A stretch of 64,000 nucleotides of DNA, from the NCBI GenBank assembly GCA_963717525.1, contig OY970343.1, positions 1,600,001 through 1,664,000 on the forward strand, read 5' to 3'. The stretch's first letter is position 1; the number at the start of each line of letters is the position of its first letter. The notes under the pieces were generated by a model. It was not told the origin of the DNA. It did not search any database and worked only from the letters and a program-made list of their open reading frames with translations. Shown here piece after piece: positions 41,238-51,000 of the stretch. The stretch is from an uncultured Methanoregulaceae archaeon. GTDB lineage: Archaea; Halobacteriota; Methanomicrobia; Methanomicrobiales; Methanospirillaceae. Position numbers and translations under genes: made by a program.

Positions 41238-42056
41238 ATGTTCAGAGTACTCTACGTCGATGATGAACCCGGTCCTCTTGAGATCGGCAAACTCTTTCTC
41301 GAGAAAGAGGGGCGGTTCTCCGTTGACGTTATTACGTCAGCCTCCGGGGCCCTTTCCCTCATGGAGTCAGCAACCTATGATGCAATTATTGCCGATTACC
41401 AGATGCCCGGGATGGACGGCATCGAATTTCTCAAACATGTGAGGAGTTCCGGCAACAGTATCCCGTTTATTCTCTTCACTGGCCGGGGCCGGGAAGAGAT
41501 CGTTATCCAGGCATTGAACAGCGGGGCGGATTTTTACCTCCAGAAGGAGGGAGAGCCCAGATCGCAGTTTACCGAACTCCTGTCCAAGATACGGAAAGCC
41601 GCCTCCCGCTGGCAAGCCGAGAAGAGAGTTGTGGACCTGAACCGGGTCACATCCCTGTTGAGCCAGGTTAACAAGTGCATTGTTCGCATCTGTAACAGTG
41701 ACGAACTCTTCAAAGCCATCTGTACGGTCGCTGTCGAGCACGGAAAATTCAAAATAGCATGGATCGGGATTGCTGACAGGAGGCGTCCGGCTAATTTCGT
41801 CTGTTTGGAAGTTAGCCCTGCATTCAACCGAATCATGGGAACCAAAATGGTTATTGGAAATCCGGTCACCGCTGTATTCCTGGGAATTAAAAACACCTGT
41901 CCGAAACTGTTTGAGATCTATGGCGGGGTCTCATTGACCGGCATGCCGGCACGCACTTCTTCACGGTGCCCTTTAAGAAAAAATGAACTGCCCGGCCGTA
42001 CCCGATATTCATCCGGGATGCCTGCCCGAAAGACTGGAAAAGTGAGTCCGCTATGA
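41238..42056 (+). pseudogene. Receiver-domain protein fused to truncated GAF and degenerate PAS fragments (probable remnant of a hybrid kinase)
   Basis: Intact REC (VDDE, DYQMPGMDG, FTGRG, ADFYLQK); partial GAF (..AWIG) joins directly to a degenerate PAS segment; non-conserved tail. Confidence 0.55.
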
Positions 42057-45000
42057 AGATTACATACTTATCTGGCATTACCATGACGGAGAATTTCTGG
42101 CGGAGCATGATCATTGCGCTATCAGCCCTCGTCATTGCCCTGACGGTCTGGTGCCTGTCTCATGGAATTACAACTATCTTTATGCACCTGTACTATCTCC
42201 CGATCGTACTCCTTGCCTACCATTACCGGAAAAAGGGATTCGTTCTCGCACTCTTGCTCAGCCTGACGTACCTCAGCCTTGTTATCGCATTTGTGCCCGT
42301 TTACTCCAGTATTCTGGAGGCAGGTGCCCGTACTGCAGTCTTCATTGGCGTTGCCGCACTTGTCTATTATCTTTCTGAAAATCTTGTCCGGGCAGAAGAC
42401 GCCCTGCGTACCGTATCCCAGATCCAGCTGAGTATTATTCAGAATGCCAATGTCTGGTTGGTTGTAATCGACCTGCACGGACGGATCCTTGAATGGAACA
42501 AGGCTGCTGAAGAGACAAGCGGGTATACCGCCCAGGAAGTAATCGGGAGAAATGCTGTCTGGAAAAACCTGTACCCGGATACGGCGTACCGGAAGACTGT
42601 TACCAGTACCATCACGAGGATCATCGGTGACAAACAGGTGTTTGAAAATTTTGAAACAAGCGTCAGGACAAAAACCGGTGGCCGGAAAACCATTTCATGG
42701 AATACCCGTACGATCCCCGATGCACATGGAAAACCGATTCACTTTGTGGCGATCGGAATTGACATCACCGAACGCAAGCGGGCAGAAGAGCAGATCCGGC
42801 AGAACCAGCAGCTGCTTGCCTCGGCGATGGATCTTGCTCAGATGGTGAGCTGGGAGTACGATGTTGCCACCGCAATGTTCACCTTTGACGACAGGTTTTT
42901 CGCGTTCTACGGGACGACCGCAGAACGGGAAGGCGGTCACCGGATATCGGGAGAAACCTATGCCCGCGAATTTGTTTACCCCGAGGATATTCCTGCAGTC
43001 GCTCGTGAAATCCAGAACGTCCTGTCAATAACGGATCCCAACTTCAGTACGCAGATGGAACACCGGATCGTCCGTCGCGACGGGGCGGTCCGAACTATTA
43101 TCGTGCGGTACGCTCCCATCTTCGGGGCCGATGGAAAGGTCATAAAGACCTATGGCGCCAACCAGGACATCACCGAGCACAAAAAGGCCGAAGAGGCGAT
43201 CCGGGAGAGCGAGGCGCGTTACCGAAATCTTTTTACTAACATGCTGGAGGGATTTGCCTATTGCCGAATGCTCTATGATGACGTAGGGCAGCCTTCGGAT
43301 TTTGTCTATCTTAACGTCAATTCCGCATTTGACCAGATTATTGGTACAAAGACCGTGACCGGGAAACGGGTAACCGAAGTATTCCCAGGCATCAGGGAAG
43401 ATTTTCCTGAACTGTTTGAAATGTATGGCAGGGTTGTATCATCCGGCCAGCCGGCGTCCTTCGATCTCGATTTCAAACCGTCCGGCAAATGGTTACATAT
43501 ATCCGCCTACTCCCCGGCAAAAGATCACTTTGTTGCGGTTTTTGAAGATATTACCACCCGCAGGCAGGCGGATGAAAACCTCAAAAAAGCTGAAGAGAAA
43601 TACCGGCACATTTTCGAGACTGCTCTAGAGGGCATTTACCAGATCACCCCCAAAGGGAGACTGCTGACCGCCAATCCCGCGATGGCCCGTATCCTGGGGT
43701 ACGATTCTGCGGAAGACCTTACCACGACAGTTACGGACACAGCACGACAATTGTGGGCACATCAGGAACAACGCAAAGAATATCTCCGGCAGCTCAGGAA
43801 ACACGATATTGTTCAGAATTTCGAATGCGAGTTTTATCGCAAAGACAACAGCCCGATCTGGGTATCCTTAACGACCCATACCGTACGCGGAACAGGCGGG
43901 AAAATCCTTATTTCCGAGGGGCTCCTTACCGATATCACTCAACGCAAGAAAGCTGAACGCGAACTTATCGACCGCGAGTCGGAATACCGTACAATCCTCC
44001 ACACTACCATGGACGGGTTCTGTATCATCAGCCGAGATATGCGATTTGTGGATGTCAATGACGCCTTCTGCCGGTTGACCGGCTACTCCCGTGACGAGCT
44101 GCGCACCCGGTCCATTTACGATATCGAATTAAAAGAGACGGCCGAAGAGATCGCACAGCATTCCCGGGAGATCCTCCGCAAAGGTGAAGACCGGTTCGAG
44201 ACCAGCTACCGCCGGAAAGACGGCAGGATCATCGATGTCGAAGTCAGTGTTGTCGTTACTGACCGGCACGGCGGGCAGTTTATTACTTTCCACCACGATA
44301 TCACGGAACGAAAACGTATCCAGGCAGACCTGGAGAACGCCCGCAGCGACCTGGAGCAGAAAGTCCTTGTACGGACGCGGGAACTCAAAGAGGCCAACGA
44401 ATCGCTTCTCGCGGAAATTGCGCTCCGGAACAAGGCCGAGAACGATATTGTCGCTTCGCTCAAGGAAAAAGAGATGCTCCTCAAAGAGATCCATCACCGG
44501 GTCAAGAACAATATGCAGGTCATATCGAGCCTGCTGTTCATGCAGGCACGGGCGCAGAAGGATGAGAAAATCAAGGGAATCTTAAAGGAGAGCCAGGACC
44601 GTATCAAATCGATCGCGCTGGTACACGAAAAACTCTACCAGTCCACCGACCTCGACCGGATCGATTATGCTGATTACTTACGGAAAATTACTAATCACCT
44701 CTTCGAATCATACCAGATTGATCCCATGATCATCACCCTGCATCTTAATGCTGAGAAATCGGTGTTGCATATCGACAAGGCTGTTCCCTGCAGCCTGATT
44801 GTCAATGAGATGCTCTCCAATTCCTTAAAGCACGCATTCCCCGGGGGGAGAAAAGGGATGATCACGATTGACTTCAAAAAGAGCGCGGATAAGTACATCC
44901 TGACATACAGTGATGATGGTATTGGAATACCTGAAAGCGTGACCTTTGACCGGACTGAGTCCCTCGGAATGCAGCTGATTAAAGGCCTCACAAAACAGAT

Positions 45001-45064
45001 CAACGGGTCGATTGAGCTGGACAGGACGGCCGGGACGAAATATACGGTCACGTTTCCCGCGTGA
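42053..45064 (+). CDS. Membrane multi-PAS sensor histidine kinase (HisKA_2 type)
   Basis: N-terminal multi-TM domain, about five PAS/PAC repeats (DIT.RK), EIHHRVKNNMQ, NE..SNSLKHAF, DDGIG, SLG. Confidence 0.92.
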   Translation: MKITYLSGITMTENFWRSMIIALSALVIALTVWCLSHGITTIFMHLYYLPIVLLAYHYRKKGFVLALLLSLTYLSLVIAFVPVYSSILEAGARTAVFIGVAALVYYLSENLVRAEDALRTVSQIQLSIIQNANVWLVVIDLHGRILEWNKAAEETSGYTAQEVIGRNAVWKNLYPDTAYRKTVTSTITRIIGDKQVFENFETSVRTKTGGRKTISWNTRTIPDAHGKPIHFVAIGIDITERKRAEEQIRQNQQLLASAMDLAQMVSWEYDVATAMFTFDDRFFAFYGTTAEREGGHRISGETYAREFVYPEDIPAVAREIQNVLSITDPNFSTQMEHRIVRRDGAVRTIIVRYAPIFGADGKVIKTYGANQDITEHKKAEEAIRESEARYRNLFTNMLEGFAYCRMLYDDVGQPSDFVYLNVNSAFDQIIGTKTVTGKRVTEVFPGIREDFPELFEMYGRVVSSGQPASFDLDFKPSGKWLHISAYSPAKDHFVAVFEDITTRRQADENLKKAEEKYRHIFETALEGIYQITPKGRLLTANPAMARILGYDSAEDLTTTVTDTARQLWAHQEQRKEYLRQLRKHDIVQNFECEFYRKDNSPIWVSLTTHTVRGTGGKILISEGLLTDITQRKKAERELIDRESEYRTILHTTMDGFCIISRDMRFVDVNDAFCRLTGYSRDELRTRSIYDIELKETAEEIAQHSREILRKGEDRFETSYRRKDGRIIDVEVSVVVTDRHGGQFITFHHDITERKRIQADLENARSDLEQKVLVRTRELKEANESLLAEIALRNKAENDIVASLKEKEMLLKEIHHRVKNNMQVISSLLFMQARAQKDEKIKGILKESQDRIKSIALVHEKLYQSTDLDRIDYADYLRKITNHLFESYQIDPMIITLHLNAEKSVLHIDKAVPCSLIVNEMLSNSLKHAFPGGRKGMITIDFKKSADKYILTYSDDGIGIPESVTFDRTESLGMQLIKGLTKQINGSIELDRTAGTKYTVTFPA

Positions 45065-45079
45065 GAAAGGGGTGGATGC

Positions 45080-46213
45080 ATGAGCAAAGAAACAATTCTG
45101 GTGGTTGAAGACGAATTTGTCACCGGTTCAGAGATCCAGGCACGCCTTGAAGAGATGGGATTCAATGTGCCCGGGATTGTAGATACCGGCGAAGAAGCCA
45201 TACAAAAGACCGGCGAACTGAATCCGGATATCGTCGTGATGGATATCACCCTTAAGGGCACCATGACCGGGATCGAAGCGGCCGAACAGATCAGGGCCCG
45301 GTACGGGACGCCGGTGGTCTACCTGACGGCCCATTCGGATGAGGCGACCGTGAACAAGGCGATGCTTTCCGAGCCGTTCGGGTACCTGATTAAACCCTTA
45401 GATGAGCGGGCTCTGAGGACTACCATCCGGATGGCGCTGTACAAGCACGCGATGGACGAAAAGGTGCGCCAAAGCGAGGAGACCATCCGCGGTCTCTTGG
45501 ACGCCACAAAGGATGAGGCGGTGCTTGCGAACGGCGACGGGAAGATCCTCGCTTGTAACGAGGCGTTTGCCCGGAATGCTGGTAGACCTGCCGCCGAACT
45601 CACCGGCATCGTGATCTATGCGCTGATCGAAACAGGGGGCATTACAATGAAAACCGCAGATACGATGCAGAAGATGAGCGCTTCCTCGCCGATCTCGTTC
45701 GAAGAAGAGGCACATGGCCGCTGGTTTGACACGACACTCTATTTTATGCACGACAGCCGCACCTCCCACCGCCAGGTGGCCATTTTCCGTCATGATATAA
45801 CGGCCCTCAAACATGCAGAACGCGAGCTCGCGGCTGCAAATAAGGAGCTTGTACAGGAGAAGGAACGGCTGACCCTCTATGCTTCAGCGCTCGACCATAT
45901 GAGCGACTGTGCCGTCATTACCGACGCGATGGGCAACATCATCTACGTGAATGACACGTTCGAGAAGAAGTTCGTGCTCACCCGGGACAGCGTAAAAGGG
46001 AAGCATTTCAGCGAGCTCGCTCACGCCGAGAACCGGTACCCCCTCTCAAAAGAAGAGTTCCTCCATTACCGGGATACCGGTAACATCGCGGTCTTTGTAG
46101 CAAAGAATGCCTACGGGGTCAAGATACCCATGACTCTCAAAAGCTCGCCCATCCTCATCGAGAACAACCGGCCGCACAATTTCGTCTTCGTCCTCAGAGA
46201 CAAGACAGGATAA
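45080..46213 (+). CDS. Response regulator receiver with two PAS domains, no DNA-binding output
   Basis: ILVVEDE, MDI.L.G..TGI, YLTA, YLIKP; two PAS-like segments. Confidence 0.88.
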   Translation: MSKETILVVEDEFVTGSEIQARLEEMGFNVPGIVDTGEEAIQKTGELNPDIVVMDITLKGTMTGIEAAEQIRARYGTPVVYLTAHSDEATVNKAMLSEPFGYLIKPLDERALRTTIRMALYKHAMDEKVRQSEETIRGLLDATKDEAVLANGDGKILACNEAFARNAGRPAAELTGIVIYALIETGGITMKTADTMQKMSASSPISFEEEAHGRWFDTTLYFMHDSRTSHRQVAIFRHDITALKHAERELAAANKELVQEKERLTLYASALDHMSDCAVITDAMGNIIYVNDTFEKKFVLTRDSVKGKHFSELAHAENRYPLSKEEFLHYRDTGNIAVFVAKNAYGVKIPMTLKSSPILIENNRPHNFVFVLRDKTG

Positions 46214-46310
46214 AACTCTTTAAATATACTTGAAAACCTTTCAAAAGAGATGCAAATAATTTTTAGTACGCACTCTCCTCACATGATTGATCTTCAAGAA
46301 TTGGAGTGAT

Positions 46311-46865
46311 TTAGCCGGTTTCGATCACTTTATCGACGAACGTGATCAACTGGTTCATGAGCATCGGGTCAAGTCCCTTCTCTGCGGCAAGGAAGATTCC
46401 GGAAATATCCATGAGCCGGAGTTTGTTGGTTAAAAAATGGATAAATTTAGAGATGGAAGGAGACGAGAGGTATATGAGCATTGTACTTATCGAATCGTAG
46501 AGGATGCATACCTTTTCCCCCGTACGTTGTTCCTTGAGGACCTCTGTAACCGCAATCCCCATATCTGTCAGATCGGCCGGACTGTTGATATAACGGACGA
46601 CTCCACGAATATTTTCCACCTTGCCAATCGAGTGATGGGTAACTGTGTCGACAAAAGACACTTTTGTGAGATCGACCCCACTCTCTTCATACATCTTTTT
46701 AAGTATGCTGTAAGGGAAATTCGTCGTGATAACCACCGAATGGTAGCCGAGTGTTGAAAGCTCTTTGATAACCTGGATATTGCGCTCCCGCATGTTTCCC
46801 GGGGTTGCAAGGAGGAGGAAGATCTGCTTTATGTCCAGATCCTCGGCGCGGACAATATCCGGCAC
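46311..46865 (-). CDS. Inactive KaiC/RecA-like domain protein (DUF7504/DUF835-like)
   Basis: VVITTN.PY, FVD, SPADLT, ILYDSISTMLIY, KFIHFL; no Walker A. Confidence 0.7.
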   Translation of the reverse strand: MPDIVRAEDLDIKQIFLLLATPGNMRERNIQVIKELSTLGYHSVVITTNFPYSILKKMYEESGVDLTKVSFVDTVTHHSIGKVENIRGVVRYINSPADLTDMGIAVTEVLKEQRTGEKVCILYDSISTMLIYLSSPSISKFIHFLTNKLRLMDISGIFLAAEKGLDPMLMNQLITFVDKVIETG

Positions 46866-46866
46866 C

Positions 46867-47881
46867 CTATTCCCCCGCGAGGAATTTCCGGTATGCTTCA
46901 GGTATTTCCTGATGCTTTTCTGCTATTGCCCGCTGGAAATCCTGCACGTTTTGGACAATCTGATCGGCATTACGTATCTGGGTGTCTAGTATCAGGGCAA
47001 TCTCCTGTGGTTCGAGTTTCCTTTCACGGGTCAGTTTTGTAACATCAGACAGGTTATCCCGGATAACCTCGACCGGCCCCTTGAGTCTCATTGCCATCTC
47101 CGTCATATACGAGATCAGGGCCTCCTCTGCCTGCTTTCGTGCCGTGATATCGAGGCCGATGGCAATATCCTGATGGGCTCCCCCGGTGCCGATCTGCCTC
47201 GTGTTCCACGCTATTATTTTCTTTTCACCTGATTTTGTAACAATCGTCGTCTCAAAATTCTCAAAAAACCGGTTTTTTCCGATGATATCCATAATCTGCC
47301 TAGTTATAGTGCGGCGATAACCGGTATCCGGGTAGAGCCGTTTCCACACATCCCGTTTGCCGATCACTTCGTCCCGTAAATACCCGGTAATGGTCTCTGC
47401 AGCCTTGTTCCAGATCATGACGTTTCCTTTGTCAAGAACAGCAATCAGGATATTTGCATTCTCGATTATACTTTCGCGGAAGAGATCGGCATTCCGGAAT
47501 TCAGTGACATCGAGGCCGACCGCGATTGTCCGGGGCAGATCGCCGTCAATAATTTTTTTGGTATTCCAGAGAATGATCCGGGATTCCCCGGTCCTTGTAC
47601 GGATAACAGTTTCGAAATTTTCGAAATAATTTTTGGTAGACAGAATCGCCGAGATTTTTTTTGTTATGGAATCCCGGTAATTCTTATCCGGGTAGAGCCG
47701 TTTCCAGACCTCAGGTACTCCCCACTACGTCATTGTGTGAGTACCCGGTGATTGTTTCTGCGGCATGGTTCCAGGTCCTGATGCGTCCGTTTATTTCAAG
47801 CACCGCTATCATCGCGAGGGCATTATCAAGAATACCCTCCTCAATGCAGGATCTCTTATCTTTCGGTTTCGGTGTTCCCAT
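46867..47881 (-). CDS. Tandem PAS-PAS protein with C-terminal helical domain (+1 frameshift at ~47715)
   Basis: Two homologous PAS repeats (WN.AAETITGY...V.G..VWKRLYPD..ENFET); corrected length 337 aa; abuts the KaiC-like gene. Confidence 0.8.
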
Positions 47882-47964
47882 AAAATTTTCCCCGGAATGT
47901 AGGCACAGTTTCTCCGTTTGAGGAGATGCTCGCTTCCCCTATATAAACCTAGTTGAATTTGGCT

Positions 47965-48034
47965 CTGTCAAGTCTTCGGCAGGGTGTCATTTTCTTCGGA
48001 GTGTTAAATATCAGAACTGCCGACAACTTGACAG
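47965..48034. repeat. 18-bp imperfect inverted repeat (hairpin)
   Basis: CTGTCAAGTCTTCGGCAG ... CTGCCGACAACTTGACAG, 16/18 complementary, 34-nt spacer, just downstream of the IPT gene. Confidence 0.6.
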
Positions 48035-48083
48035 TGCCCAGGTCTTCGATCACAATAGATAAAGGGATTGGAACAAAATTCAA

Positions 48084-51000
48084 TTATTTTCTTCTTAAAC
48101 AAACAATTCCTGTTACGATTGCCAGAAGACTAATCCAGATTCCCAGAGGTGTTGAAGTAGGGGCCACGGTGCTCGTGTCCGGGATTGAGACAGATGAACC
48201 GAGATCTGATGTGGCAGCAGTCACTGAAGCGGTCTGTATCGTCACTGGTGCAGTGGTCGGGAGGGGCGCACCTGTCACCGCTGCTGGAGGACTGGCGGAC
48301 ACAACCGTTGTATTCAACACTGAGGTATCATCGGTTGCCGTGTTTACGCGGGACGTTATGGCAAAAGACGAGAGCCCTGGCGTCGTTGCCGTAAAATAAT
48401 ACGCATCGCCATTCCGGGTAACAAACGTCGTTGGCAATTCCGACCACCCACCACCGGAGTTCCGCATGAAAACAATGTTGTCAGGAGTCAGGCCGTGCTG
48501 GGTAAGCCATGTTCCTGCGACTTCGAAGTTGACGGTGACCTGGCTGACCGATACCGGGTTCACACCGACAAGTTCGATCGTTACTATACCCGCGGTCTGC
48601 CGGCCGGGGAGCTGGGATGCATCTGGAGTACCGGCATCCGTCAAAGTCATTTGCGTCGGACCCAGCGATTGGGACGGGACAACCTGGACGCTGATAATCG
48701 CATATGGATACTCTATATCGCCCTCCGAGAGGACTTCGTTGATGGCAAAGGTCATGGTCTGGCCGGCTGTAGTCCCGGGGGCAGTAACGGCAAAGGAAGT
48801 CGGTCTGTAGAAATTCCCGGATTCGTCATTGCCGCCAGCACCACCGCCACCAGACGGTGAGGTCGGCGTGGGCGTCGGGACGGGATCATACGTGAACTGG
48901 TCTGCTGCCGAGGTTGTACCTGGTACCCCCGGGCGTCGTGACCGTTACATCAACCGTACCCGCTGAACCGGCTGGAGAGACGGCGGTGATACTGGTCGCT
49001 GAAGCAACCGTATAACTCGTCGCAGCGGTTGTCCCGAACGTCACGGCGGTAGCTCCGGTAAACCCGGTCCCGGTGATCGTAACCGTAGTACCGCCGGCCA
49101 ATGGTCCGCCGGTCGGCGTTATTCCGGTAACCGTCGGGATGGGATCATACATGAACTCATCCGCTGCTGAGGTCGTGCTGGTACCCCCGGGTGTTGTGAC
49201 CGTTACATCAACAGTACCTGTCCCGGCAGGGGAAACAGCAGTGATACTGGTCGCCGAAACGACCGTATAACTCGTCGCACCGGTGGTCCCGAACATCACG
49301 GTCGTTGCTCCGGTAAACCCGGTCCCGGTGATCGTGACCGGGGTTCCGCCGGCTACCGGCCCGGCTGCCGGTGAGATGCCGGTGACTGCCGGGACGGGAT
49401 CATACGTGAACTCATCCGCCGGTGAGGTCGTGCTGGTACCCCCGGGCGTCGTGACCGTCACATCAACAGTACCTGTCCCGGCAGGGGAAACAGCAGTGAT
49501 ACTGGTCGCCGAAACGACCGTATAACTCGTCGCACCGGTGGTCCCGAACATCACGGCTGTTGCACCGGTAAACCCGGTACCGGTCACCGTAACCGAGGTT
49601 CCGCCGGCTACCGGCCCGGCTGCGGGGGAGATGCCGGTGACTGCCGGGACGGGATCATACGTGAACTGGTCCGCTGCCGATGTCGTGCTGGTACCCCCGG
49701 GTGTTGTGACCGTTACATCAACTGTACCCGTACCTGCCGGAGAGACTGCGGTGATACTGGTCGCTGAAACAACCGTATAACTCGTCGCAGCGGTTGTCCC
49801 GAACATCACGGCTGTTGCTCCGGTAAACCCGGTCCCGGTCACCGTGACCGAGGTTCCGCCGGCTACTGGCCCGGATGCCGGTGAGATGCCGGTGACTGCC
49901 GGGACGGGATCATACGTGAACTCATCCGCCGGTGAGGTCGTGCTGGTACCCCCGGGTGTTGTGACCGTCACATCAACTGTACCTGCCGAACCCGCCGGAG
50001 AGACTGCGGTGATACTGGTCGCCGAAACGACCGTATAACTCGTCGCACCGGTGGTCCCGAACATCACGGCTGTTGCACCGGTAAACCCGGTCCCGGTGAT
50101 CGTGACCGGGGTTCCGCCGGCTACCGGTCCGCTGGTCGGTGAGATGCCGGTGACGGTCGGGACGGGATCATACATGAACTCATCCGCCGGTGATGTCACA
50201 CTGGTACCACCAGGTGTCGTGACCGTTACATCAACTGTACCCGTACCTGCCGGAGAGACTGCGGTGATACTGGTCGCTGAAGCAACCGTATAACTCGTCG
50301 CAGCGGTTGTCCCGAACGTCACGGCGGTAGCTCCGGTAAACCCGGTCCCGGTGATCGTAACCGTAGTACCGCCGGCCAATGGTCCGCCGGTCGGCGTTAT
50401 TCCGGTAACCGTCGGGATGGGATCATACATGAACTCATCCGCCGGTGATGTCACACTGGTACCACCAGGTGTCGTGACCGTTACATCAACTGTACCCGTA
50501 CCTGCCGGAGAGACTGCGGTGATACTGGTCGCCGAAACGACCGTATAACTCGTCGCACCGGTGGTCCCGAACATCACGGTCGTTGCTCCGGTAAACCCGG
50601 TCCCGGTGATCGTGACCGGGGTTCCGCCGGCTACCGGTCCGGATGCCGGTGAGATGCTGGTGACTGCCGGGACGGGATCATACGTGAACTCATCCGCCGG
50701 TGAGGTCGTGCTGGTACCCCCGGGTGTCGTGACCGTTACATCAACTGTACCCGTACCTGCCGGAGAGACTGCGGTGATACTGGTCGCCGAAACGACCGTA
50801 TAACTCGTCGCACCGGTGGTCCCGAACATCACGGCCGTTGCTCCGGTAAACCCGGTCCCGGTCACCGTAACCGAGGTTCCGCCGGTCAATGGCCCGGCTG
50901 CCGGCGTTATTCCGGTGACGGTCGGGACGGGATCATACATGAACTCATCCGCCGGTGATGTCACACTGGTACCACCAGGTGTCGTGACCGTTACATCAAC

